DNA of 63,084 nt, counting the filler, from Nanobdellota archaeon (GTDB lineage Archaea > Nanobdellota > Nanobdellia > B33-G15): the NCBI GenBank assembly GCA_003660925.1. It is 14 parts of 14 records of this genome, joined end to end, with 100 filler letters (N's around TTAATTAATTAA, not from the genome) between each part and the next. Parts side by side here need not be neighbours in the genome. Positions count along the whole stretch, not along the records: positions 25,186 to 29,797 come from QMVD01000054.1; positions 29,898 to 34,456 come from QMVD01000055.1; positions 34,557 to 38,885 come from QMVD01000056.1; 11 more parts are not named here. One strand, given 5' to 3'. Position 1 is the first letter of the stretch. The number at the start of each line of letters is the position of its first letter. The notes under the pieces are model-generated. The model saw only the letters and a list, made by a program, of their open reading frames with translations, searched no databases and was not told the origin of the DNA. The position numbers and the translations under genes were made by a program. Of this stretch, positions 27,511 to 37,574 are shown piece by piece.

Positions 27511-29247
27511 ATGATAAGACAGCCCATCATATGCGTCTTAGGTCATGTGGATCATGGGAAGACCCTCCTGCTAGATAAGATCAGGGGAACCCTCATTCAG
27601 AAGAAGGAGGCTGGGGGGATAACTCAGCACATAGGGGCTACGGAGGTCCCACTGGACGTCATCAAGAGGTTGTGTGGTCCTTTATTGGAGAAGTTCGGGG
27701 CGGAGATAAAGATCCCTGGCCTGTTGTTCATAGACACCCCCGGACACGAGGCCTTCACGAGCCTGAGGAGGAGGGGAGGGAGCATAGCTGACCTCGCTGT
27801 CTTGGTGATAGACATCAACGAAGGGGTCATGCCCCAGACAAAGGAGAGCATAGAGATCCTCAAGCAGAATAAAGTTCCCTTCGTGGTGGCTGCCAACAAG
27901 ATAGATTTAATACCTGGGTGGAGACCTAAGGAGGACTTCTGTTTCTTAGATAGTTTGAAGGAGCAGGGGGAGACCGCGAGGAGGGAGTTAGATGAGAGGA
28001 TTTACAGGTTGATGAGCCAATTATCCGAAATGGGTTTCGACTCTGACAGGTTTGACAGGGTGGACTTCCAAAGGCAGATAGCCATCATACCGACTTCCGC
28101 GGTGACTGGGGAGGGAATAAGCGAGCTCCTGGCAGTCCTCGCCGGCCTCAGCCAGAAGTATTTGGAAGACTCCCTGAAAATAGAGGTAAAGGGCCCTGGA
28201 AGGGGAAATGTGATAGAAGTGAAGGAGGAGAAGGGATTAGGGAAGACCATAGACGTCATCCTCTATGAGGGGAGTTTGAAGGTTGGAGACAGGATAGCTG
28301 TAGGAGCCCTCCCAGAACCCATAATCACCAGGATAAAGGCCATCCTGAAGCCGCGCCCCTTGAGGGAATTGAGAGAGAAGGGAAAGTTCGAGAGCGTTAG
28401 GGAGGTTCACGCCGCTTGTGGGATAAAGATAGTGGCCCCTAACTTGGAAGGGGTCATACCTGGGATGCCCTTGGTGAAGGCGGAGGGGGAGGTGGAGCTG
28501 GAGGAGTTGAAGAAGGACATCCAAGAAGTCATATTCAGCAAGGAGATAAATGGGGTGATCATAAAGGCGGACACCTTGGGGGGGCTAGAGGCATTGACCC
28601 ACATGATGAGGAATAAGGGAATCCCGGTGAGGAAGGCGGAGATAGGCGAGATCGGGAGGAGCGATGTGATGGAGGCAAAGAGCGTGAAGGAGTTCGACCC
28701 CTTCCTCGGCGTGATCTTTGGGTTCAACGTCAAGGTGAACCCTTTGGCGGAAGAGGCAGCGAAGGACTTGGGCATTGGGATCATAACCTCCAACATAATC
28801 TACGAGATCCTAGATAGATATGAAGAGTGGGTGAAGGAGGAGAGGGAAAGGAAGCTCAGGGAAGAGTTAAAGGATTTGTCCCCTCCAGGGAAGTTCACCG
28901 TGTTGCCGGGCTTCGTGTTCAGGCAGAGCAAGCCCGCCATAGTCGGGGTGGAAGTTCTGGCCGGAAAGATAAAGCCCGGTTGTGAGGTCATGAAGTTGAG
29001 CGGTAAAAGAATAGGAAAGATAAAACAAATCCAGGATTCTGGTGTCAACGTGGAGGAGGCGAAGAAGGGAGACAGGGTGGCGGTCTCCATAGATGGGGCG
29101 GTGATTGGTAGGAACTTGAGGGAGGGAGAGGTCCTCCTAGTGGACTTGAGCAAGAAAGAGATCGAAAAGTGGACCAAGCACAAGAACTTGTTGAGCAAAG
29201 AAGAGCAAGAACTCTTGGAAGAAATTGCTAAGTTGAAGGCGCGTTAA
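27511..29247 (+). CDS. infB: Translation initiation factor aIF5B (IF2)
   Basis: GHVDHGKT, GITQHIGA, DTPGHE; no intein. Confidence 0.97.
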   Translation: MIRQPIICVLGHVDHGKTLLLDKIRGTLIQKKEAGGITQHIGATEVPLDVIKRLCGPLLEKFGAEIKIPGLLFIDTPGHEAFTSLRRRGGSIADLAVLVIDINEGVMPQTKESIEILKQNKVPFVVAANKIDLIPGWRPKEDFCFLDSLKEQGETARRELDERIYRLMSQLSEMGFDSDRFDRVDFQRQIAIIPTSAVTGEGISELLAVLAGLSQKYLEDSLKIEVKGPGRGNVIEVKEEKGLGKTIDVILYEGSLKVGDRIAVGALPEPIITRIKAILKPRPLRELREKGKFESVREVHAACGIKIVAPNLEGVIPGMPLVKAEGEVELEELKKDIQEVIFSKEINGVIIKADTLGGLEALTHMMRNKGIPVRKAEIGEIGRSDVMEAKSVKEFDPFLGVIFGFNVKVNPLAEEAAKDLGIGIITSNIIYEILDRYEEWVKEERERKLREELKDLSPPGKFTVLPGFVFRQSKPAIVGVEVLAGKIKPGCEVMKLSGKRIGKIKQIQDSGVNVEEAKKGDRVAVSIDGAVIGRNLREGEVLLVDLSKKEIEKWTKHKNLLSKEEQELLEEIAKLKAR

Positions 29248-29272
29248 CTATTTAAAAAATCCGTGGATAGGT

Positions 29273-29797
29273 ATGAATATGTGGGAAACAGAAATGAGCC
29301 AATTCGTGAACAGTGTGTGGGCCGGGATCTTGAGCGCGGGTTCTGAGATTGGGACTCAACTCGTCAGCATCTTGCCAGGAGTCATAGCAGCCATCATCAT
29401 CCTAGTGGTGGGTTGGTTGGTGGCAGTGATTATAGGGAAGATAGTCAAGAAGGGATTGGAAAAGATAAAGCTGGACATGGCCCTCAAGGAGAGGGGCCTA
29501 GAGAAGGCATTGGGGAAGGCTAGCCTCACTAACCTATTGGCCACGTTGTCCAAGTGGTACGTCTTCGTCATATTCCTCAATCAAGCCGCGCAACTCATAG
29601 CCTTGACAGCGCTACAAGCGTTCCTGCAAGAGGTCCTGTTCTACCTGCCAGCCCTCTTCGGGGCAGCGTTGGTGGTGATAGTTGGCCTCTTGGCGGGGGA
29701 GTACCTCAAGAACAGCATAAAGGAGATGCAAGTGCCCTACTATGACTTCTTCGGCTCCTTCACCAAGTTCATAGTGTTCTACGTCTCTCTGGTCATA
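29273..29797 (+). CDS. MscS-associated TM-helix repeat membrane protein, partial
   Basis: LPGVIAAIIILVVGW and YLPALFGAALVVIVG repeats. Confidence 0.75.
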
Positions 29798-29897
29798 NNN
29801 NNNNNNNNNNNNNNNNNNNNNNNNNNNNNNNNNNNNNNNNNTTAATTAATTAANNNNNNNNNNNNNNNNNNNNNNNNNNNNNNNNNNNNNNNNNNNN

Positions 29898-31726
29898 ATG
29901 TTATACTCTTTGATGATGGTTTTTCCGAGGGGGAGGCCAAATCGGAGAGCCTCCTTTGGAGTGATTATGTGTTTCTTCCTCGTCTTCCTAATCAGGGATT
30001 TACGGGCCTCTAGATTTCTCCTCACAATCTCTCCGAAGGGTTCATCTGTTGGATAGCCATGATGGGCCTCCTTCACAACCTCTCCACAATTAAATAAGAC
30101 GTAGACGGCACTTCTCCCAATCCATAGGGTGTCTCCCTCAGCCTCCCTCTTTAAGCCACTCCCCAATTTTTGAAGTTGGTATAAGTGGTGGCAACTTACC
30201 GATGAGCCACTCCGAATGAAGATGCTGTCGGTGTGGCCCGTCAAGGCCTCAGAGGTTCTCATCAAGTCTCCCAGGACGGCTCTTGCTCGACCTAGAATTG
30301 TGGAGGCCCACTCTGGGGAGAAACACGAGGCCACACTCTCCACCTGTTTAATAGTCTCCCTCGTCTTCTTTTTCCTCAGAAACTCCCTTAAGGCCTCTTC
30401 ATCTCTGAGCTGTCTGTAAACCTGTAGGATGTCTCTCAGTGTGTATTGGGGGTTTCTCTGCACGAATTTTCCTATGATTGAATTCATCAAGAGCTTTGAT
30501 GTCTCATACTCGACACTTCCCTTCTCCGACGACCTCTTAATATCGAGGAGCTCCGACATGAATTCTCTGAGTGGATGATTCTCCTCTTTCTCCGTCGGCC
30601 ACCAGACCCAGCCCTCAAGCCTCTCTATCTCTACATCCATCTCAAGGGCCAATCTCAACTCTGGTAGGGTGCACCAGGATACACCTTCAAGTGGAAATGT
30701 GAGCTTTGGAAATCGACCATCATAAACAGGGAGGCATGGATACTTCGTCTCCTCTGGGAATCTAAATTCAACTCTGATGAATCCCTCTGCATCCTCCAAT
30801 TCCTCCGACCACCCCCTCACCTTCCTCCACCGTGTAGAGGCAAGATTGAGGGGTAATAAGGCCATGTGGGGGTACATGCTCTCCACATCCCAAACTTCAA
30901 AGTGTCCCTTCAAGACACCTCTCACAAAGGCCTCCCTCCGACCACCCCAATAACATCTGAGTGCATAGAATCTCCTATCCTTACTACCACCGTAAAACCA
31001 TCTCTTCCTTCGATATTCTCTCCATTCATCTCCCACCCTTTTAGTGTATATCTCCCAGCCTAATCTGAGGGGTTCAACAGGTTCTCTCAAATAGTTTGTG
31101 AGGAAAATCTTCATTCCAGTCTGAGCTGTCGTCTGACACTTTAAGATGTCCACGTTCCACTTCTCCAAAATCCATCTTCTCCTCTCCATAAAGGCATGGG
31201 CTAAAATTTCAACGTCTCTTAAGGCATACCTCTCAAACAGCTCCGGATTATTTTCATAAACTTCCCTTATTCTACCCCTATCTATATCGAGCTTCTCGAT
31301 TCCAACACTCTCTCCCACCTTGTCGAGACCACACCAGAAGTGGAGGAAGCTGTCGAGGAAAACCAGCTCTCTCCATCTTCCGACCAGGCCCTTATGTATT
31401 AAATCCAAGTCGGCCTCCCATAGGTCTGATAGATTGTGAAGCTCGGCTATACTGAAGTGGGAGATTAAATAAACCACTCCGTTTTGATATATCTCCCTCA
31501 CATATCTCTCCAGACTCTCCAAATCCAATTGAGAGGTGTAGATAATCCTGCTCCTAAACTCTCCACTTTCAAACCATCCAAATTGAATTGAGATTAATCC
31601 CATCTCATCAAACTCCGTATCCCAGAATAAAACCTGTGGGTTCTCAATTGGTTTATCCCTTCTCTTCGGAGGTCTCAGCACCTCTGTGTATGCTCCTCTC
31701 AACTTCTCTATCTCTGTCTCTAACAA
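29898..31726 (-). CDS. piPolB/pPolB-like family B DNA polymerase (3'-truncated)
   Basis: WDTEF, HFSIAE, YALRD, YWGGRRE, DVESMYP, TPR1-like insert (FRFP..YPCLPV..FPLEG..TLPE), KLLMNSIIGK, GHTDS. Confidence 0.88.
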
Positions 31727-31982
31727 TCTTCACAACTCTCCTCTTCTTGAAGTAATCACATCCACAGGCCCCACAGTATGGGCAGATAAACCATCTACAT
31801 CTTAGACATAGCTCTGTCGGTTCAAAATATCTCTGACAGTTGTGGCAGAACCATTTAGTGTTCTTACACTCCGGACACACCATCGGCTTATCGGTGTGAA
31901 CAACAAATACCCTCCCACACTCTCTACACTTTAAAATGAGCTTTCTCCTCTTCAAAGTCAAAGGAATTGGTGTTAGACCCAA
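31653..31982 (-). CDS. Multi-CxxC zinc-finger protein
   Basis: Five CxxC pairs. Confidence 0.7.
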   Translation of the reverse strand: MGLTPIPLTLKRRKLILKCRECGRVFVVHTDKPMVCPECKNTKWFCHNCQRYFEPTELCLRCRWFICPYCGACGCDYFKKRRVVKIVRDRDREVERSIHRGAETSEEKG

Positions 31983-32353
31983 AACTCTTTACTCCCCGTC
32001 GTTAAATATCCCAACTCGTCTGCCAATCCCATCCTAGTAATCACCCTCTCCAATTCTTTTCCCTTCAAGAAGTGTGGGATGAGGGTCTTAATCTCAAACA
32101 CACATCCGTTAGGTATACCGATGTAACAGACCCTTCTCCCATCCACATGCCAATCCTGAATCAAGATGTGAACATTTCTTATGAGGCCTATCCACACTCC
32201 AACACTCATCAATCTGGGGAAATTATCCCAATATGGATGGTCTAGGTCTAGGTCGAGAGGTGAAACCTCTCCAGAGAAGGAATCAAGCCATAAGATTGAG
32301 ATTAAATCTCCCATCTTCACACCGTTAAACTCCGTTTTAATCTCCACAGTCAT
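31973..32353 (-). CDS. Hypothetical virus-like protein
   Basis: Translationally coupled within the operon; WLDS..SVG..IPNGC pattern. Confidence 0.6.
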   Translation of the reverse strand: MTVEIKTEFNGVKMGDLISILWLDSFSGEVSPLDLDLDHPYWDNFPRLMSVGVWIGLIRNVHILIQDWHVDGRRVCYIGIPNGCVFEIKTLIPHFLKGKELERVITRMGLADELGYLTTGSKEFWV

Positions 32354-32595
32354 ATCCCCAGCCTCCTCAAGATGAAGATGATATAGTTCAAGGCATCAAA
32401 TAAATCATCGATTTTCTTCTCCCTGTTTTCTGTGTATAAACTCCTCTCCAACTTATATAGTGCACCACAGTAAAGGCTTCTCAGACTCATCTTTCTCCAA
32501 TTTTCTCCATAAAACCGTGCTCTATCAACCCTTAGATTCCAGGCCCTTCTTATTATTTCTCCAATTCCTACTTCTCCGAGTTCTCTGACACCCAT
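32350..32595 (-). CDS. DUF1599/nucleotide-modification-associated (MazG-like all-alpha) protein
   Basis: YGENW...KLER...IDDLFDALNY. Confidence 0.6.
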   Translation of the reverse strand: MGVRELGEVGIGEIIRRAWNLRVDRARFYGENWRKMSLRSLYCGALYKLERSLYTENREKKIDDLFDALNYIIFILRRLGI

Positions 32596-33209
32596 ATCCT
32601 ACACACCTCTCTGAATTCACACTGTCTACACTTGAATCTGTGTGGGGGTATCATCTCCTCCTCTCCCCTCAACATCTTCACTATTCTCTCAAGTTGAATC
32701 AGATAGTATTCCTCTATAAATCTGGTCGGGAGAACCTTCATAACTCTCCCACTCTCATCAAAAAGCCATATATAACCCCTCCGAGACAGTTGATAGCCCA
32801 GTTCTCCTAAGACTGGGGTGAGTATATAGATGTATGTCTGAGTTTGATACTCTGCACATGGCCTTCTAAACATCATCCAGAAGCCTAAACTATCCCTGTC
32901 AAGTGTTTTATACTCCTCTATCCACACCCTCCTTCCCTTCACCCTCAAATCATCTGGATTACCCAACAACATCACATCTAAATCCTCCACATATCTCCCA
33001 AAGCCCTCATCTCCTCTATATGGCTCCAACTTATGCCACAGTCTTCTCTCCGAAAGTGTGAGGGGTCTAGTTGCAAGCCATTCATGAATTCTCCGACCCC
33101 TAATCGTCGATGAAGTCTCCCTGGTCTCTCTCCCCTCCATCACGACGAGTCTACAGGCCTCTCCACACCACCAAAAGAGACCCAGTTGATGTGCATGTAT
33201 CCTCAACAT
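32568..33209 (-). CDS. Cas4-like PD-(D/E)xK Fe-S nuclease (solo)
   Basis: N-terminal Cys, GRRIH, GNPD, EEYK, QTQTY, C-terminal CRQCEFREVC. Confidence 0.85.
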   Translation of the reverse strand: MLRIHAHQLGLFWWCGEACRLVVMEGRETRETSSTIRGRRIHEWLATRPLTLSERRLWHKLEPYRGDEGFGRYVEDLDVMLLGNPDDLRVKGRRVWIEEYKTLDRDSLGFWMMFRRPCAEYQTQTYIYILTPVLGELGYQLSRRGYIWLFDESGRVMKVLPTRFIEEYYLIQLERIVKMLRGEEEMIPPHRFKCRQCEFREVCRIWVSENSEK

Positions 33210-33249
33210 GACATGGTGAAGAGGAGAAGGGAAGAATATAAATAAAAGA

Positions 33250-33280
33250 CGACAGAGATGCTGGAGCCGACAGAGATGCT
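33250..33280. repeat. 13-bp direct repeat CGACAGAGATGCT x2 in a divergent intergenic region
   Basis: 33250-33262 and 33268-33280; palindrome GAGAAATTTCTC at 33285-33296. Confidence 0.85.
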
Positions 33281-33407
33281 CAAGGAGAAATTTCTCTTAT
33301 TGATATGAGAGAAAATTCGGCCAAGCCATAGGAACGAATTGTGTCTATTCAAAACAGTTTGTATTCAACAAAATTGTTTATGTCTATGCCACCCTTAACA
33401 CCTCTCG

Positions 33408-33800
33408 ATGGAGTCAGAGGAGTTTGAAGAGGAGTTCGAAGAGGTGTTTTCAGACGATATAGACGATTTAGATCACGTCCTCGATGGGAGATTTGTTATG
33501 GAGGAGGGTAAAATTCGATGGTTGATTCTCAGGAGACGACGATATGGAGGGATCACAGGGAGGAGGGTGATATTCGAGCCTGGGAGGAGAGGAAGAGGTG
33601 GTAGTGTTAAACATCGAATTACTGTGAGGCTGTCGGGGGAGACGATGGAGGAGAGGCTTAGAATCTTCGATGAACTTCTGAGGAGATATGGCCTTAGAAC
33701 CACCTTGAATCTCGGAGAGTTTGACCGAGCTGTCTATGAGATTGGGTTGAAACATATACTTGAGGAGGCAGAGAAGCAGGCTCGGAATATGAATCTTTGA
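33408..33800 (+). CDS. Hypothetical protein, possible C-terminal RHH
   Basis: Acidic N-terminus; ITVRLS beta strand followed by helices. Confidence 0.55.
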   Translation: MESEEFEEEFEEVFSDDIDDLDHVLDGRFVMEEGKIRWLILRRRRYGGITGRRVIFEPGRRGRGGSVKHRITVRLSGETMEERLRIFDELLRRYGLRTTLNLGEFDRAVYEIGLKHILEEAEKQARNMNL

Positions 33801-33833
33801 TACATAAAGTTTATACCGAGTGGTGAGAGTGGT

Positions 33834-34061
33834 ATGAGTGGTATAAGTCTAATAGAAAAATTAAAGTCTCAGGGGGCTTTAACCCTCTCCAACAGGATGA
33901 AGAGGCCGTGTCCAGATTGTGGGAGGCTTTTACGTAGGGGTAAGGATAACACCAAATGGTTCTGTGATAATCCGGAGTGTCCCGTGATATACGTGATTTT
34001 CGACCCCCTCTGGTTAGAACCAATTAAAATAGCTCGTGAAAGCCGGAGGAGGGAGAGATGA
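33834..34061 (+). CDS. Zn-ribbon protein
   Basis: CPDCG...CDNPEC; SD GGTGA. Confidence 0.65.
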   Translation: MSGISLIEKLKSQGALTLSNRMKRPCPDCGRLLRRGKDNTKWFCDNPECPVIYVIFDPLWLEPIKIARESRRRER

Positions 34062-34186
34062 ACACACCAAAGGCAAAGGGGCCGGTGATACGGGTTCAGA
34101 GAGACGAGTTTAGAGAGGAGCTTGAAAAGACGGTGATGAAAACAGGGAGGAGAATAATCCAATATCTCAGGGGGTGGAGAACATGA
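34058..34186 (+). CDS. 42-aa hypothetical protein (not in ORF track)
   Basis: ATGA-coupled to both neighbours. Confidence 0.5.
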   Translation: MNTPKAKGPVIRVQRDEFREELEKTVMKTGRRIIQYLRGWRT

Positions 34187-34374
34187 AGACACGGATTTCA
34201 CTCAGCATAGATGAGGAGCTCATCAAACAGATAGATACAATAAGAGGCCTAATTCCCCGAAGTGCTCTTATCGAGGCCTTGTTGAGGTGTGCCCTTCGAG
34301 ACTATCTCCTTGAGACTGGGGAGTGGAAGAGACTCTCCGAGCTTCAGCCAATAGATGAAAAACAAACTCACTGA
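34183..34374 (+). CDS. CopG/RHH DNA-binding protein
   Basis: KTRISLSIDEELIKQID...PRSALIE. Confidence 0.8.
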   Translation: MKTRISLSIDEELIKQIDTIRGLIPRSALIEALLRCALRDYLLETGEWKRLSELQPIDEKQTH

Positions 34375-34557
34375 CACTCCTAAATCCCATGTCCTCGGCC
34401 ACTTTCTTAGCCCACGTCCACAGCTCCCTATCAATAATGTAGAGATTCGTCTTGGGNNNNNNNNNNNNNNNNNNNNNNNNNNNNNNNNNNNNNNNNNNNN
34501 TTAATTAATTAANNNNNNNNNNNNNNNNNNNNNNNNNNNNNNNNNNNNNNNNNNNNC

Positions 34558-35886
34558 ATGGATATCTGGGCGATCGGAGGATATTCGGAGATCGGAAGGA
34601 ACATGACCGCGGTTAGGGTGGGAGACGATGTGGTCGTCTTAGATATGGGTGTCTGGGTGGAGAAGCTTGCCGCCCATGAGGACGGAAACCCCTATGCCCT
34701 TCCCCTGAACGAGTTGTACCAGACCGAGATCCTTCCGGATGACAGGGAGTTCAGGAAGAAGTGGGGAAAGGACGTGAAAGCCATCCTCATATCTCACGCC
34801 CACTTGGACCACTCAGCCGGGGTCGTGAGGCTGGCCTCCCTCTATGATGCTCCCGTGGTCGGAACCCCCTTCACCATAGAGGTGATAAAGAACTTGCTGA
34901 GGGAGGGAAAGGGGAGGTTCCCGAACGAACTCGTGAAGGTGAACCCCGGTTCCAGGTATAAGATATCAGAGGATTTGTGGGCGGAGTTCATCTACGCCAC
35001 CCACTCAACTCCCCAAACGGTGATGATAGCCCTGCATACGAGGGAGGGGACCCTGTTGTACGCGAACGACTTCAAGTTCGACCCTAGACCTGTTTTAGGG
35101 AAGCCCATGAACATGAACAGGTTGAGGATCTTGGGAGAGGATGGAGTTAAGGTCCTGATAACGGATACCACCAGGATAGACAGGCCCAGGAAGACCTTCA
35201 GCGAGAGCATAGAAAGGGAGATGTTGAGGGAAGTGCTTACCATGATAGAGGGGGGAGGAAAACTCTTGCTCATCACAACTTTCGCCAGCCACATAGCCAG
35301 GGTGAACACCATAGTGGACCTGGCGGAGAAGATAGGGAAGGAACCCGTAATCTTGGGGAGGAGCATGTTGAACTACATAGATGCTGCTGAGAAGGTGGGG
35401 ATCGTCAGGATAAGGGACAGAGCAAAGGTTGCCTCGAGGAAGAAGGAGCTCAAACAAATTTTCAGGTTGATAGAGAGGGAGGGAAGAGATAAGTTCTTGC
35501 TCATAACCACTGGAAACCAAGGGGAGCCCAACTCCATCCTCTCAAAGATGGCGGATGACAGGTTGCCATTCAGGTTCGAGAAGGGAGACATAGTCATATT
35601 CGCGAGCGAGACCATCCCCTCTCCTGTGAACATGGCGAACAGGGCGGAGTTGGAGAGGAAGCTCAAGGCGAAGGGAGTGAGAATATTTAAGGACGTGCAT
35701 GTCTCTGGTCACGCGAGCAGGGAGGATCATAGGGATTTCTTGAAGATAATCAGGCCAGAACACTACGTGCCCACTCATGGTTACATAGAGAAGTTGGCCT
35801 CTGCCATAAGCCTGGCAGTGGAGGAGGGGTATGAGTTGGGGAAGGACGCCCACCTCCTCCAGAACGGTCAGATGCTCAGTTTATAG
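34558..35886 (+). CDS. rnj: Archaeal RNase J
   Basis: GGYSEIGRNMT, SHAHLDH, TTFASH, HVSGHA. Confidence 0.94.
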   Translation: MDIWAIGGYSEIGRNMTAVRVGDDVVVLDMGVWVEKLAAHEDGNPYALPLNELYQTEILPDDREFRKKWGKDVKAILISHAHLDHSAGVVRLASLYDAPVVGTPFTIEVIKNLLREGKGRFPNELVKVNPGSRYKISEDLWAEFIYATHSTPQTVMIALHTREGTLLYANDFKFDPRPVLGKPMNMNRLRILGEDGVKVLITDTTRIDRPRKTFSESIEREMLREVLTMIEGGGKLLLITTFASHIARVNTIVDLAEKIGKEPVILGRSMLNYIDAAEKVGIVRIRDRAKVASRKKELKQIFRLIEREGRDKFLLITTGNQGEPNSILSKMADDRLPFRFEKGDIVIFASETIPSPVNMANRAELERKLKAKGVRIFKDVHVSGHASREDHRDFLKIIRPEHYVPTHGYIEKLASAISLAVEEGYELGKDAHLLQNGQMLSL

Positions 35887-35920
35887 CAACTCTTAAATTC
35901 TCTCAAGAGGGTTTCCTCCC

Positions 35921-37570
35921 ATGGAGGTCATCTGGAAGTGGGCGTTGAAGAATGCGATAGAGCACGATGGTAAGGCGTTGCCAAAGGCCGTCCTGCCCAA
36001 GGTCCTCGGAGAGCGCCCGGAGTTGAGGGAGAACATAAGGGGGTTGATGGAGGAGATAGAGAAGGTCGTGGAAGAAGTGAACTCTCTAAGCCTGGAAGAG
36101 CAAAAGGAGAGGTTGAGGGGGATAGCCCCAGAACTCCTGGAGAAGAAAGAGGTGAAGAAGGAGCTTCCTGAGCTCCCGAATGCGGAGAAGGGGAAGGTGG
36201 TCCTGAGGTTGCCTCCAGAGCCGAGCAAGTACCTCCACATAGGACACGCCATCGGCTTCTACATAAACTATCTTTACGCCAAGAAGTACGATGGAAAGTT
36301 GATCCTGAGGTTCGAGGACACGAACCCCACCAAGGTGAAAGAAGAATATTATGAGGGGATAAGGAAGGACCTGAGGAAGATAGGGATCAAGTGGGATGAA
36401 GAGGTCATCATGTCCGAGAGGCTGAAATTATACTATGGATATGCTGAGAAGCTTATAGAGGAGGGCCACGCCTACGTGTGTACCTGTGAGGAAGAGGTGA
36501 TCAGGAAGAACAGGTGGGAGAGGGAGGAATGTAAATGCAGGTTCAGGAGCATCGAGGAAAACATGGACTTGTGGAAGAGGATGCACGAGGAGCTCTATCC
36601 CGGAGAAGCCATCCTGAGGCTAAGGGGAGATATGAGGAGCGATGATGCTGCCATGAGGGACCCAACCTTGTTCCGCATAATCACGGATGAACATCCCTTA
36701 CAGGGTAAGAAATACAGGGTGTGGCCCACCTACGACTTCGCTGTCTCCATAGAGGATGGTCTGAGCGTGACCCACGTGCTGAGGAGCTCCGAGTTCTTGG
36801 CTAGGACGAACTTGCAGAACCACCTCAGGTCCCTCTTGGGATTGAGGAATCCGACCATAATCCATTACTCCAGGATAAACATCATAGGCTTCGTCACCAA
36901 GGGGAGGGAGATAAGGAAGCTCATAAGCGAGGGGAAGATAAGCGGGTGGGACGATCCCAGGCTCGTCACCATAAGGGCGATCTTGAGGAGGGGGATCCAC
37001 CCCAAGACCATAGAGAGGTTGGCAAAGGAAGTGGGCCTCTCCCTCGCTCAGACGAACTTGGAATGGGACATGATAGCTGGGATAAATAGGGAGATGATAG
37101 ATGATCTGGCGAACAGGTATTTCTTCGTCCCCGATCCCGTGAGGATAGAGGTGAAAGGGGCCCCGAAGGTGACGGCGAAGTTGAAGTTGCATCCCAACCA
37201 CCCGGAAAGGGGACTGAGGGTGATCAAGACGAAAGGCGTGTTCTACATCCCAAAGGAAGAGGCGAGACCCGGTCTCATAAGGTTAAAGGACTTGTACAAC
37301 GTGGAACTCAAGAAGGAGAGAGAGGGGTTGGTGGGTTATTATGCTGGGAAGGAAATTTCTAAAGAAGTGAAGAAGATTCAATGGGTGACCGAGGAGAACG
37401 TGGAGGTGAAGGTCTTGGTCCCTGATGGGTTGAAGCTCAGGGAAGTGAAGGGATTGGGGGAGAAGGGCATGGAGAAGCTTAGGAAAGGGGAGATCATCCA
37501 GATGGAGAGGTTCGGGTTCGGGAGGGTGGACGAGAGGAAGCCCCTCACCATCATCTTCGGACACAGGTGA
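35921..37570 (+). CDS. gltX: Glutamyl-tRNA synthetase
   Basis: HIGH, RFEDTNP, WPTYDF, GWDDPRL, QMERFGF. Confidence 0.95.
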   Translation: MEVIWKWALKNAIEHDGKALPKAVLPKVLGERPELRENIRGLMEEIEKVVEEVNSLSLEEQKERLRGIAPELLEKKEVKKELPELPNAEKGKVVLRLPPEPSKYLHIGHAIGFYINYLYAKKYDGKLILRFEDTNPTKVKEEYYEGIRKDLRKIGIKWDEEVIMSERLKLYYGYAEKLIEEGHAYVCTCEEEVIRKNRWEREECKCRFRSIEENMDLWKRMHEELYPGEAILRLRGDMRSDDAAMRDPTLFRIITDEHPLQGKKYRVWPTYDFAVSIEDGLSVTHVLRSSEFLARTNLQNHLRSLLGLRNPTIIHYSRINIIGFVTKGREIRKLISEGKISGWDDPRLVTIRAILRRGIHPKTIERLAKEVGLSLAQTNLEWDMIAGINREMIDDLANRYFFVPDPVRIEVKGAPKVTAKLKLHPNHPERGLRVIKTKGVFYIPKEEARPGLIRLKDLYNVELKKEREGLVGYYAGKEISKEVKKIQWVTEENVEVKVLVPDGLKLREVKGLGEKGMEKLRKGEIIQMERFGFGRVDERKPLTIIFGHR

Positions 37571-37574
37571 GAAG

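Larger units (their letters stand above)
29898..34456. mobile_element. Virus, plasmid or pipolin-like element contig
   Basis: Non-cellular PolB, Cas4-like nuclease, DUF1599-like, RHH and Zn-finger small ORFs; no housekeeping genes; codon style differs from other contigs. Confidence 0.8.

Noticed and set aside
29898..34456. Casposon or CRISPR-Cas locus
   Set aside because: No Cas1, terminal inverted repeats or repeat-spacer array visible; cannot be excluded beyond the contig ends
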